Origin: Gekko japonicus
Taxonomy: Eukaryota
Reading direction: 5' to 3'
Length of the DNA: 64,000 bases
NCBI RefSeq assembly: GCF_001447785.1
Contig: NW_015169226.1
Span: 248,001 to 312,000, forward strand
In this document: positions 1 through 11,800 of the stretch, piece by piece
Position numbering within the stretch: the first letter of the stretch is position 1
How the letters are laid out: the number at the start of each line of letters is the position of its first letter
Program-made: the position numbers and the translations under genes
The notes under the pieces: model-generated
What the model saw: the letters and a program-made list of their open reading frames with translations, nothing else
Database searches by the model: none
What the model was told of the DNA's origin: nothing

Positions 1-860
1 GTCACTCCAGTCCACTGGCTGCCCATTAGTCACCAAGTTCAATTCAAAGTACTGGCTGTCACATGCAAAGCCCGTCCTGGCCCTGGACCCTCTTGTTTGC
101 AGGATTACCTCTCCTCCTCTGCCCCACCACGAACAGGAACTTCTACAGGTGCCATCCTGCAAATGGGCAAGATCAACAACTGCCTGTTCGTGTACGTTCT
201 CTGTAGTGTCCCCCACACCCTATAGAACGGCTTGCTTTAGGAGGTCAAGAAGGCTTCCACACTTTTGGCTTTCTGCAAAATATGAAAAACAGAACTGTTC
301 AGGATGCTGGGATACCAACATCCAGGTGGAACCTGGAGATCCCCTGGAATTACAACTGATCTCCATGCTACAGAGATCTGCTGGGGAAAATGACTACTTT
401 GGAAGGTGAACTACATAGCATTATATCTCTCCTGAGGGCTCTCTCTTTCCCAGACTCCACCATTCCCAGGTTCCACTGCAGAACTTCAGGAATTTCCCAA
501 CCTGGAGCTGGCAATCCTATCAGGAGATCATTTTTATAAAGGAATAGGGCTGCATTATAACAGAATGATTCATGAAGACATTTTGATATACAGAATAGGA
601 CTGGTCACTGTGGACTGTAAGATATTATCTGTTGCTATCTGTTTTTCTCTTGCTTTCATTGCATGGTATTTCTGTTTACATAACACCATTTCTTGCATTG
701 TTTAATATGTCATGTTTAATACTTATGCCTTGGTCCTGATTTCTGCAATCCTAATGTTATTACATTATTTATTAGATGTCTCCTCATCCTATTTATTGTA
801 CTGATTTTCACTGTGTAATCTGCCTTGAATATCAGTGAAAAAGGCGGACTATAAATAACA
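1..860 (+). mobile_element. Degenerate L2-type LINE 3' end, interrupted by a hAT MITE (~300-520)
   Basis: The start reads like the L2 C-terminal HWLPI..VQFKVL motif; 3' terminus aaggcggactataaata. Confidence 0.6.
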
Positions 861-916
861 CAAATAATTTTAAAAATTAGGACCTAACACACTGCTTCAC
901 TTAAACACATCATCAG

Positions 917-2544
917 GGGAAGTCAACTCTGGATCACTGTATTGTGCTAAGTCACTTAGTGAATAAATACAAAAAAGGGAAAGGGTCCAAGTTGTATGCT
1001 GCCTTCCTGGATCTGAAGAGTGCTTTTGATACTGTCTCAAGGGAGCTTCTATGGAAGAAGTTAAGGCTGTTGGGAATTGAAATGAGATTGCTCCTGTTGA
1101 TTAAGAAATTATATACAGATACCACTTGCCAAGTAAGAGGCTCTAGGGATGGTGATTTAACCCCGAAAATTTCCATCAAAATAGGGGTTAAGCAGGGCTG
1201 TGTATTGGCTCCCCTCCTTTTTAATCTTTTCTTAAATGATTTGGCCACGGGGTTAGAGAGGATTGATGGTCACAGCCCAATTATGAGCTCGCGACCGGTG
1301 CCCCTGCTATTGTTTGCAGACGATGCTGTAGTTCTTTCTAGGTCTGAAGTAGGGATAAAGAGACTGTTGGCACATTTTATAGAATATTGTGAGCTGAACG
1401 GATTATCTGTGAATTTTGACAAAACTAAAATAATGGTGTTCGGAGATTCCTGGAACCCCATCAACTGGCGTGTTAAGGGTAACACCATTGAACAGGTGAA
1501 GTGTTTTAAATATTTGGGAATTAACTTTCATCATAGTGCAAGGTGGGTAGCCCACAGATCAGAAGTAATTAAATCTGCGAACAGCTGTGTGCTAGCAATA
1601 ACCCGTTTCTTTTTTACCAAGGGTAACCAGTATGTTCCTGCGGCCCTAAAAGTGTTTCAGCACAAAATTGGAGCGAAGCTTCTTTATGGGGTGCCCATTT
1701 GGATCACAGCTTTTAACAAAATGGTAGAACAACTCCAATCCAATTTTGTGAGGAAAATATTAGGGTTGCCCCTGTGTGTTTCCTACGCCGCTATTTGTTT
1801 GGAAGTCAATATGATACGCTTGGAAACAAGGGCTTGGATAATTACCTTCAGATTTTGGCTACGTTTGCACTTTAGGAACTGTCCCAATAGCCTTATTACA
1901 TATCTGTTGGAAGAGTCTCATTGCTCTGAGTGGTTTGCTGCTATAGAAAGGAAAATCGTCTCAATAGGGTTATGCGTGAATGATATGATGTCCTTATCTG
2001 AAGCACACATCTTTGCCCTGCTCAAACAGAGATTAATTGATATTGAGATGCAAGAGCTTAGAGCCTTGGCTTCTGGTAGATGCTCCCCTTTAAGATGGGC
2101 ACGTTTTCCGATCAACACCCCTGCACAATACTTATTGGATTTGACTTCTCCACAGTTGCGTAGAGCATTTATGCTGGCCCGCTTTAACGTGCTCCCCTCT
2201 GCGGTTTTAGCAGGAAGATTTAAGAAAATCCCCTACTCTGTTAGGTTTTGTGATTGTGATTCAGAGGAGATTGAAACAATCGAACACGTATTCCTCCACT
2301 GTAGTTTGTATGATGACATTCGGGCAGTCTATCTAGAAGCCATACTTAAGAAAGATGTCAAACAATCAGATGACAGAATGTTGTACCGTTTATTGGCTTC
2401 ACAAAATACAGTGGTTATTGAAGCGGTGGCTAATTTCTGTAACTGCCTTATAATGAGGAAGTTATGTGTTTAATCAATGAACTGAAGGGTGACTGTTTAT
2501 GACTCTGATCCATGCCAATAAAGGTTTTGAATTGAATTGAATTG
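917..2544 (+). mobile_element. 5'-truncated non-LTR retrotransposon (RTE-X-like), young copy
   Basis: Open frame 917-2473; AATAAA at 2517-2522; (GAATT)n tail; 10-bp TSD acatcatcag at 907-916 and 2545-2554. The clade assignment is from memory. Confidence 0.9.
944..2473 (+). CDS. LINE reverse transcriptase ORF (N-truncated) with C-terminal CCHC-type motif
   Basis: AFLDLKSAFDTV, GVKQGCVLAPLLFNLF, LLFADD, FKYLG and C-terminal CDC...ETIEHVFLHC; no stops over more than 500 codons. Confidence 0.85.
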   Translation: MLSHLVNKYKKGKGSKLYAAFLDLKSAFDTVSRELLWKKLRLLGIEMRLLLLIKKLYTDTTCQVRGSRDGDLTPKISIKIGVKQGCVLAPLLFNLFLNDLATGLERIDGHSPIMSSRPVPLLLFADDAVVLSRSEVGIKRLLAHFIEYCELNGLSVNFDKTKIMVFGDSWNPINWRVKGNTIEQVKCFKYLGINFHHSARWVAHRSEVIKSANSCVLAITRFFFTKGNQYVPAALKVFQHKIGAKLLYGVPIWITAFNKMVEQLQSNFVRKILGLPLCVSYAAICLEVNMIRLETRAWIITFRFWLRLHFRNCPNSLITYLLEESHCSEWFAAIERKIVSIGLCVNDMMSLSEAHIFALLKQRLIDIEMQELRALASGRCSPLRWARFPINTPAQYLLDLTSPQLRRAFMLARFNVLPSAVLAGRFKKIPYSVRFCDCDSEEIETIEHVFLHCSLYDDIRAVYLEAILKKDVKQSDDRMLYRLLASQNTVVIEAVANFCNCLIMRKLCV

Positions 2545-2641
2545 ACATCATCAGTGGATCGTTGTGATTTCAGAAGTGAGGTTCTTTGTGCCTCAAGTAC
2601 TGCAAGAAGGCCTAATTTTTGTTTGCGATTTTGTATTACAG

Positions 2642-2820
2642 ATGAACCCCAGGATATTCCTCCTACAGAAAGCAAAATTGATGCTGGTAGGAGGCCAGGA
2701 GACAGATCCAGCTTTCCTTCTTCTGCAGGACACCTGTTTTTTGAGTATTTAGTTGTGGTCTCACTTAAAAAGAACTCTGGGGGGAACTATGAGCCCAAGA
2801 TTACTTACCAGTTTCCCAAG
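2642..2820 (+). CDS. DENND2D: DENND2D coding exon (DEPQDIPP...GHLFFEYLVVVSLKKNSGGNYEPKITYQFPK)
   Basis: Acceptor ttttgtattacag, donor AAG|gtaaaa; start of the uDENN region. The 5' boundary is less certain because an alternative acceptor ends at 2728. Confidence 0.85.
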
Positions 2821-5800
2821 GTAAAACAACCTTGCACGACTGTTTATTGAGAGATGCCTATTAGAGGGACTTACTTCAAAACATTGAATAGTCTGACTGA
2901 ATGCTTGATTGTTTTTGCTGTAGTCTGGTTAGGGTTGCCAGACTGCCCAGTGGAGGCGGGAGTCCCCTGCTGCTAGGCCCTGTCCCTCAGCTGTAGATCA
3001 GCTGGCTGTCAGGGGACTTACCAGTAGAAAAAAGAAGGCCCAGGCCACATTGCCAAGTTGCATAGGAAGTGACGTCATCACACCAGTGACTTCTGGGTGA
3101 CACTCTGGTATTTGGGCAAAACCTCTATGGTATAAGACTGTTTTATCATAGAGTTTTTGCCCAAACACCAGAATGTTGCCTGGAAGTTGCTGTCATGATG
3201 ATGTCATTTCCTATGCAGCACCAGCACCATGGCCTGGGCCTTTCTCCTGGTTAAGTCCTCCCCGTCCCCCACTGGTTGCCAGGAGGGACCTGGCAACCTT
3301 AAGTCTGGTAGTAGGGTTGCCAACCTTCAGATGGGGCCTGGAAACCTCCTAGAATTATAATTCATCTCCAAATGATAGAGGTCAGTTCCCCTGGAGAAAA
3401 TTAGAGCTTCGGAGGGCAGACTCTATGGCATTATACTCTGCTGTGCCCCCCCCTTTTCCCAAACCTCACCCTTCCTAGCCTTCCCAGCTCTTCAGGAATT
3501 TTCTGATCCAGAACTGACAACCCTGTCTGGTAGGCCTAGCTACTCCAGAAAATGAAAGCTCCTCTGCAACACTTTCAAAACCTGAAAAGTATGCTTGCTC
3601 TGTGCCCACACCTTTTAAATCCTCTTTTTCTGCCTTCTTCTCTTGTTCCACAGAGTTTCCCTTGAATTATGATGTAATTCATGAAACTTCAGTGGAACTG
3701 ATTTCTCTTCAGGGAGGCAGAAAATCTTGCTTACAAAAGCCAATCTCAATTGCATCTTTCTCTTTGAAGTTTCCATCGTTACTTTGCTTTGTGGTGTACC
3801 TTCTCTGTACCTATTAAAGCTGTGTTAGAGAAAAGGTTTCCTTGATAGCGAAGAAAGCATGAGCAATTGTTTTGATGGGGCAAGTAGGGATGCCAGCCTC
3901 CAGGTGGGACCTGGGAAATTCCAGGAATTACAGCTTATCTCCAGGCTACAGAGATAAATTCCCTGGGAGAAAATGGATGCTTTGAAGAGTGGACTCTGTG
4001 GCATTGTATCCCACTGAGGTCCCTTTCATCCCCGGGTTCCATCCCTTAATCTCCAGGAGTTTCCCAACCTGTATCTGGCAACCCTACCCCCCCTATCCCC
4101 ACTGGTGGCCAGGAGTGACCAGGCAACCCTAGAAATAAGATGGTCTCATTGACTAAAGGCCCAGGATGCAAATTTAGCACAATCTGCCCTCTTCACTGGA
4201 AGGTACACTCCCACTCCCTGCTCTTTGATTCTTTGGTTTGGTTAATGGGTATATTTCTTGGTAAGCCTGTTATGAAACTTATATCAATTTTATAATAATA
4301 CTGCTTTTATCATTACTACCACTAAAAGTGTGTTTCCATTAAAGTCTTTTTGGGCTCATGAATCCTTCAAAAGCAAAGAAATTTGGATATTTTCATTGGA
4401 CTATACTATGCTGTAGGGTATTCAGGATCTCCATTGAGCTTTGGGTGCACAGAAGTATTCTTTTCCAGCCATTTGTAAAGCAGAATCAGCGAGGGGCTGT
4501 AGCTCAGTGGTGGAGTATCTACTTTGAATGCAGGAGATCCCAAGTTCCGTCCCGGGCACCTCCAGCTAAAAGGATCAGGTCATAGGTGATATAAAACACC
4601 TTTATCTGAGACCCAAGAGGGCCATTGCCAGGCGGTGTAGACCATTCTGACCTTGATAGACCAATGGTGTGACTCGTTATAAGACTGCTGCATGTGTTTA
4701 TGCTGGCACTACGGCTCTGTTTCTGGGACCCTTGCATTCTGTGCATGTACTTCCTTATTATCCTGCACCTCTAGACCCTTGGCCCCCCTCATGGTTGGGG
4801 AAAAAAACAAACCTCCATATAGAGTGTCAGGGAGACAACTCCTTGTCATGCTAATTTTCTGTACACTTAGGTTTTTTTAAAAATAGGGAGGAGCACTTAT
4901 TCGTGAGCTCCCATATTCAGTCTGAAATGGTACACACACCCCCAAACACATTATGTACCTCGGTGAGAGTGGGCCTGTCGACTCTCAAAAGCAGCCAAAC
5001 TGGAACTGAAAGGATACTGCTTGCACAGAGGCAAGATCACCTAGGAACAGTGGGAAAGGGCGTTCAGTGGCTGGCTGAGAGTGTCAGGAGAGCTGGTACT
5101 GGGCTTGTGGGCAAGCCATCCCTGGGTTAAAGTGTATCTGCTGGCTGAGGCAGCTTAGCTGAAGATTTTCTAATTTACATTTTTAAAACATTTCTTATTT
5201 CTTGTGCATTCACTTCATTTATTTATTTGATTTCTAAAGCCCCCTCCCCCTTAACCGGGCTCAGAGCGGTGTACAACATTCTAATACAGCTCTAAAACAT
5301 TGTAGTTAAATTGACATAATTAAACTTATAAACAGTTATAAATTAAGTCAATTAATCAAGTTAAAAATCATTAAAATAGTACAATCTGAGCTATAGATTT
5401 TTAACGTCATCTGTAGCTCAGATTGCACTATTTAAATGACAACTGTGTTCGGTCCAACAGGACGCGGATGTCACCAGGCAGAGAATTCTACCAGGCAGGC
5501 TCCAGGGCCTCCATATCTAATGCCTCAGAGTTGAGATTCAGTGGCTCATTAAGTCTAGTTGATGTTTCTTGTTTAGCAGGGAAATGCTGGGTTGGATCCA
5601 GGAGTAGATTGGCTCTAATGGAACTGGGGTTGGGGACAGGATGAACTGCACCAATTTTTCCCTTCCACTGCAGACCTCTGGCTCACCCTTTGTGTCATTA
5701 CTGGCTGTCCTCTGCTCCCAGAAGCAGGATTTCAGTCTGCAGAGGGATGGGGGAGGCAAGAAAGTGCCATTCTGCTGGTGGGAAATCCCTTCCATCAGCA

Positions 5801-8800
5801 GAAACTGCTGCTGGATCCAACCCATTTCACTGGACCCAGTGTTGCCCTGACCTACTATTGTGTTCACCAAATTAATTCTGCCTGATTCAGTGTCTGGAAT
5901 GCTGGAATTTGTGCCTCTGGGAGATGGTAGATCATTGCAAAGCAAAGTTTAAACATGGGTGCAAAAGTCTTCACTTCAGCACTGTTTTGAAAGCAAAACA
6001 ATATCCTGTGTGGGTTTGCTTTGTACAGCTTCATTTTACTCTTCAGAAAGCGTCATTCTGATACCTTTGTTTCAGTATAGCTGACCTTCTTCAGCTCCCC
6101 TAACCACTTACCACAAATCTGTACCATGAGAAAAGCTACAGAATTGCTTCACAGTACAAGAAATACTTGTATTGTAGAGACACCAGCCACCATTCAGTAC
6201 AAGATGTGACTCAATCAGATATGCCTAACATGCAGCCTGCAGTTCTAGCTCCAAGTTGCCCTCTACATAGGAAGCTCTGTGGATACCCTTAAATCCCAAA
6301 GCCAGCCTTTTGCACAAGACATTCAGTGAGATCATAAAAAGTCAGACTCCTGGTAATTGTTGCCAATGCCACTCAATGCTCATCTGGTTGGCAGATGAAA
6401 GCGGGCTGGCAAAATGTGGGTGGTTGACAGTCTTCATCACCACGTGATGACAGCACTTCCAGTGTGACTCGAAAATGCTGGCATTGCACCGGGGCGATGC
6501 TCTAGCACTCACCCAGAAATTCCATAGAGTTTTGGGGTGAGTGCTAGAGCGTCACCCCAGTATGATGCCAGTACATCTGGGCTGCACCGAAAGTAAGGTC
6601 ATTGTATAGTGATAAAGCTTGCCACTCCTCACCACAGTAAGTACCACCTCCCCTCATCTCCTGCTGGTTGCCAGACTATGCCTGGCAAGCCTGCGTGGGA
6701 GCATAGCTCAATAACCAACAATGTGCTCCTATTAATCAGTAACTGCACTTTTTAATTGGGCTAGTGCATTTTCTTTAACTTTTCATTTATTTATTTAATA
6801 TATTTCAGTCCTATTATAATAAATGTTTCCAGTGTGATTCACAAAAATAAAGCAAAAACAATTCATTTTATGTAATCCAGTTAAGAATCAATCCACCTTT
6901 TAACATGAACCCCAAGGAAACAGGATTTCCCACATGAGCCACACTTCCAGAGACCTTCCAGGACAGGCATGTTTTTGCTCACCTCAGAAAGGAGGCAAGA
7001 AATTGAAGACCTTCTGGTCATCTACTGAGAAGATCCCTGCTGCAAGTGACTGTCAGTCCCGGATAGATCCCCAACCCACATATAATAGTACCACGAGCAG
7101 GACCTATTCAACCCATCTTAAGCGGCAGTAGAGCTCATATAGGGGAAGGGCAAATTTGTTTTGGCCACCTACATCTCAGCCTGAGTCATAGGTGCTCCTT
7201 CTGTGCATGTCTTTATGGATTTTCCTTGGAGTGATGTTTATTATTAAGTATTGAGATCGAGGCAGCGTTTCAAACAAGTGGTTTCTTTATTAGCTCAGAA
7301 CACAGACAAACAACACACAGACAAACAACACACTATATACAGTTTGAACCAGGAAAACCACACCCCCTGGAACAATAACAACCAATCAAAGATGAGTGCT
7401 TGGGTCCAATGGGAATTGTTCCTTCTGAAAGTCAGAGGTCCATCCGGATTGGTCTGTAAGCAACAGTGACCAATCTGGTTGCTTTGATTAGAATGCCAGG
7501 CAGTCTATGGAGCTTGTGACCGAAGCTCACACTTTACTACAAACCAGATAACCCAATACATAACATTTATGATGCAGACAAGCCTAGTTGAAAATGGTGA
7601 TGCGTATGTATGCTTCTTTGCAAAAGTTCATGTTGGGGGGAAAGCCACCCTAAAAACCTGGAAATTGGTAGGCCACACACTAATAATAGTACTTGGCATT
7701 TATTATAACACTTCCGCTAGCTTGATAGTGTTCCTCTTTTTACAGCGTGAAAACTTGTTGAGGGGACAGCGTGAAGAGGAAGAGAGATTGCTGCAGGCCA
7801 TCCCGCTTTTCTGCTTCCCTGATGGCAATGAATGGGCACCGCTCACAGAGTATACCAGGTAAGTTTCCTGTGACCCAGGGCCAGCAAGGAGCTGGTGTTG
7901 TGAGATGGCACGCAAAAACACACATGTCAACAGAACAGATTTTGAGTTCAGTGGCACTTTAAGACCAACAAAGTTTTATTCTGGGTATAACCTTTTGTGT
8001 GACACATGGAAGCTTATACCCAGAATAAAACTTTGTTGGTCTTAAGTGTGCCATTGGACTCAAACTTTGTTCTGCTGCTTCAGACCAACACAGCTACCCA
8101 CTTGAATCTACACGTCAACACACAGGGAAGCAAAAAGTCACCCCTAACCCTAACCCATACTTTGCCCTAATTAACAGAACTCTCTGGTGCCATTTCTGGG
8201 CACAGCCTTCCAAGGAATTCTACAAAACCACCAGCTCAGGATATGAGATTATTGAGCCTTAATTGTAGTCAGTGGTGAAATCTGCAGTCCTGGCCCTGGT
8301 TTAACCTGTTTCCATTAGTGTTTAGGGAGTGTATTTGTATTGCTGTTTTACAAAGGGCTGAAGTCATTGTAGTTTCTCTGTGAAGATGGTTAATAACATT
8401 CTGTTGTTTTGCAACATCTGATACAGTTAAGGTTGCTGCATGTAACATTTAATATTCTCATATGTTACTTCCTTAGTCTCACAATGTTTCCTTAGTTTGA
8501 AGGTCTTGAGATGGCAACCCTCCTTAAAGGCCTTTGTAACAAGTTAGAATCATCATGAAACTCTGAGAAGTTTTACAGAGACCTTTATCCAGTGTATTCC
8601 ATGCAGTGGTACGGGTAAATGTAACCAATGGGAATTTTGGATGAGCAGTGAGTTCTCTTTATAAAAGGAGTTAACTCAGAACATCCACCTCATAACACAA
8701 CATCTACCTCATGAAACAGCATCCTCCTCAGCAAACATCTACCTCAACAAACATCTGCCTGTACAAGCAAGTCTCTGTTTGACTATCCCTTTCCATTGTA

Positions 8801-11800
8801 CTTGTACAATTCACAAGTGATCTTTTATCTGTACAACGTGTTCTGCTAATAGTGAATAACTAGAAATTTCACCTAAGGGTGGGTTGTGATTGGAAGATCT
8901 TTGAGTTTGAGCCTGAGGAGGCCTGGGAATGTTGTGGGCATGCCAATGTGGGTTGCCGAGGGTCTCTACCAAGCTGCCGTGGGGTTACTTTGGGGAGCCC
9001 CTGTTGAAACTCTGGGAATATCAGCCTTTCTGTCCTTCTGAACCTGCCTTTGGAGACTTGGAGGTGGCCCTACCAGCTCAAATTTCTGTTCCATTCCTTT
9101 GCTGCATAGAAGAATACAGTTAGAGGAGAGTCAGCCAGAGATCCCCTGCAAGTTTGGTGTCTCTAGCACACCAGGGAGGGGGGCATTCTACTGCATCACG
9201 AACTTCACAAACCGAACCAGTTTGTTTGTCACCTAAAAGTCCATGATGGTTCATGGCTCACAAACCTGGCACACCAGGAACTGAAATGAACCGCATTTTC
9301 CCGTTTGTGCCCATGCCTGTGCATAAATCCAGTTTGTTGTGTGACTCATGCCTCCAGTTTACTCCCACCCCCCCTTTGTCTTGCACAGGATGTGATGAAG
9401 AATAATTAGAAATTTCCTTGTTACTCGTGATGTTCAAATGCAAGCACACAAGTTAACCAGTGTTAATTTTTGTCCCACTAATCCAGAGTTTGGGGGAGGG
9501 AAGGTACCATGGTCTGGCCCAGTCTTGTCAGAACTTGGAGTCAGAGGAGGGTCGGTACTTGGGCAGGAGGCCACTAAGTAAGACTCTGCAGAGGAAGACA
9601 ATGACAAACCACTTCTGCTTCTCACTTGCCTTGAAAGCCCCTTGGCTGGAGTCATCATAAGTCAGCTGTGTCTTGACGGCATTTTACCCACAAAATCCAG
9701 AGTTTAATCCAGATTTAGAATCCCATGTGGTAGAGAGGGAACTGCTTTGCATTGACCTGCTTACCTACATTAGTTCATCAGTTGGGGGGTGAGACAGGAG
9801 GTGCAGCAGCATCCACCTTGCTTAGTGACTCAGGCCAACTACACATTGCATTTTCTGACTTTCCCTGCAATGGGACTATGCTTGTCTTCCCTCCCGCACT
9901 GTGAACCTGAGCTCAATAAGCCCCCTGCAGATTTTACAAATGTCTTTTTGCACAGCTGCTGTGCAGCTGTGGGAGAAGCAAACCCAGACTCAACTTGTCA
10001 GAAAATGATCATCCTCCACTGATCTGCTCACCTGCTGTTACAACTCTTAGGTTGAATTCACATAGCAAACAACTATAGAAAATTTAACATGCAGTTTGGC
10101 TCTCAGAGCACTGAGTCACTGTCTCAGCGTCTATAACTGTAGGGCAGAGCACTGAGTCACTGTCTCAGCGTCTGTCAACTGTAGGCAGAAGAGAAGAAGA
10201 AGAGGAGATTGGATTTATACCCCGCCCTTCACTACCCAAAGGAGTCTCAGAGCGGCTTACAAACTCCTTTCCCTTCCTCTCCCCACAACAGACACCCTGT
10301 GAGGTAGGTGGGACTGAGAGAGCTCTGGCAGAAACTGCTCTTTTTCAAGAACAGCTGTGCCAGAACTATGGCTTGCCCAAGGTCATCCAGCAGGTGCAAG
10401 TGGAGGAGTGGGGAATCAAACCCGGTTCTCCCATATTAAAGTCTGCACACTTAACCACTATACCAAACTCCATCTCTTCTACCAATACTACTGTCCTACT
10501 CAACAGCAACAAGTGGTTTAATTTTTTTTACATTATAATTGCCAAGAATATGTGTTGGCAAAAGAATAATTGTGACTACAACTTTCTTGTAAGCAGATGC
10601 TGCAACTGCATGGATGGCAAAGGCATGTTGGGATGACAGGTAGGGGTAAATTTAGGAGGGTGTCTCATGTTGCTGTGTCATGAAATGTGGGCTTCCCAAA
10701 CAGCATTTTCATTTAAGTGGCCCAAGAGTGATTCTTTCTGCTTTTCCCATGTAAAACTCAGCAGGCTGTTCAATTCCACTTCTTTTATCTTTGCAGTGAA
10801 ACATTCTCTTTTGTCCTCACCAATGTGGATGGGAGTAGAAAGATTGGCTACTGCAGGCGACTATTGGTGAATATCCTTCCCCCACCCCTTTTACTGTGCT
10901 ACTGTTAGGTTATTTGTTGGGTCCAGAGGCTAATCATTTGTTGGGTCCAAAGGGGATGGTTTTGAATGTACCAGAACAGGGGTGCCACTCACATTGGGAC
11001 CTCAGGGCTGACAGTTAGAGTTACAGAGGAAGAAAATGGCTAATACATGTTTGAATCAATGGCCAGTGTTTGGGCTGTAGCACTTCAGGTTGCAAGGGCA
11101 TGTTCACATGGCTGAATGCTTTTCCATACATGCACAAATCCCTTCTTATGGAAATCTGGCAGCCATTTATCCTTGATCTGTCTCTTGTCCAGAATCAATA
11201 TGGCACCAGCTTCTCTGTACAGACCTAAGACCTATATTCTTGCTGCCCATCTTTCTTCCTTGTTAGACCATTTTCTTGCAACTGAAATTAGTTTTCCAAA
11301 TATGTCTGTTGCATATCTTGTTTTTTCCTTACTGAGTTCAAAGCAACTGAGAGGGCACTATTTCTGATTGGATCACACAGTTTTCGGCCTGATTGCCGTG
11401 TAAACGAGGGACCATCATAACTGTGCCCCAGACTGAGCTTCTGTCAGGGTCCAAGCACAGAGTCTGACAGAATGGACACAAACCAATTGGTTACATAAGC
11501 AAGTTTCTTGCCTTCACTTTCACCAAGCTCATAGACCTTTTGTTGGCTTTGAGAACTGGCCATGGGGCCAAGAACAGTGATCATGCAAAGTGTATCATGC
11601 AGCAGAAGAGTATCTGGAGGTAGATACAAAACGGGGGGGGGGGACCCATAGGAAACCAGAACTGTTAGTGTTTCTTGGAGATCAGTCACAGTCAAAGACT
11701 GTTATTTTTAAAATAATTTTGAATCTCTGCTGACACACTATTTGTATCTGAATCCATTTCAAACTAGGTTTTAGTCTGCGTTTGGAAAGGTGGCTGCTTT

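Noticed and set aside
944-2473. Domesticated RT gene or retron-like system
   Set aside because: The TSD, microsatellite tail and 5' truncation within the RT domain show an ordinary LINE insertion. The ORF start is a GTG with no promoter evidence.
4493-4565. tRNA gene
   Set aside because: The cloverleaf is degenerate and continues into a SINE body, so it is a SINE head.
8141-8156. Telomere-like ccctaaccctaaccc
   Set aside because: Only about 2.5 units; compatible with chance.
8680-8760. Repeat-spacer pattern resembling a CRISPR array
   Set aside because: The units are ~10-12 bp and degenerate with 4-9 bp gaps, there are no cas genes and the context is eukaryotic.
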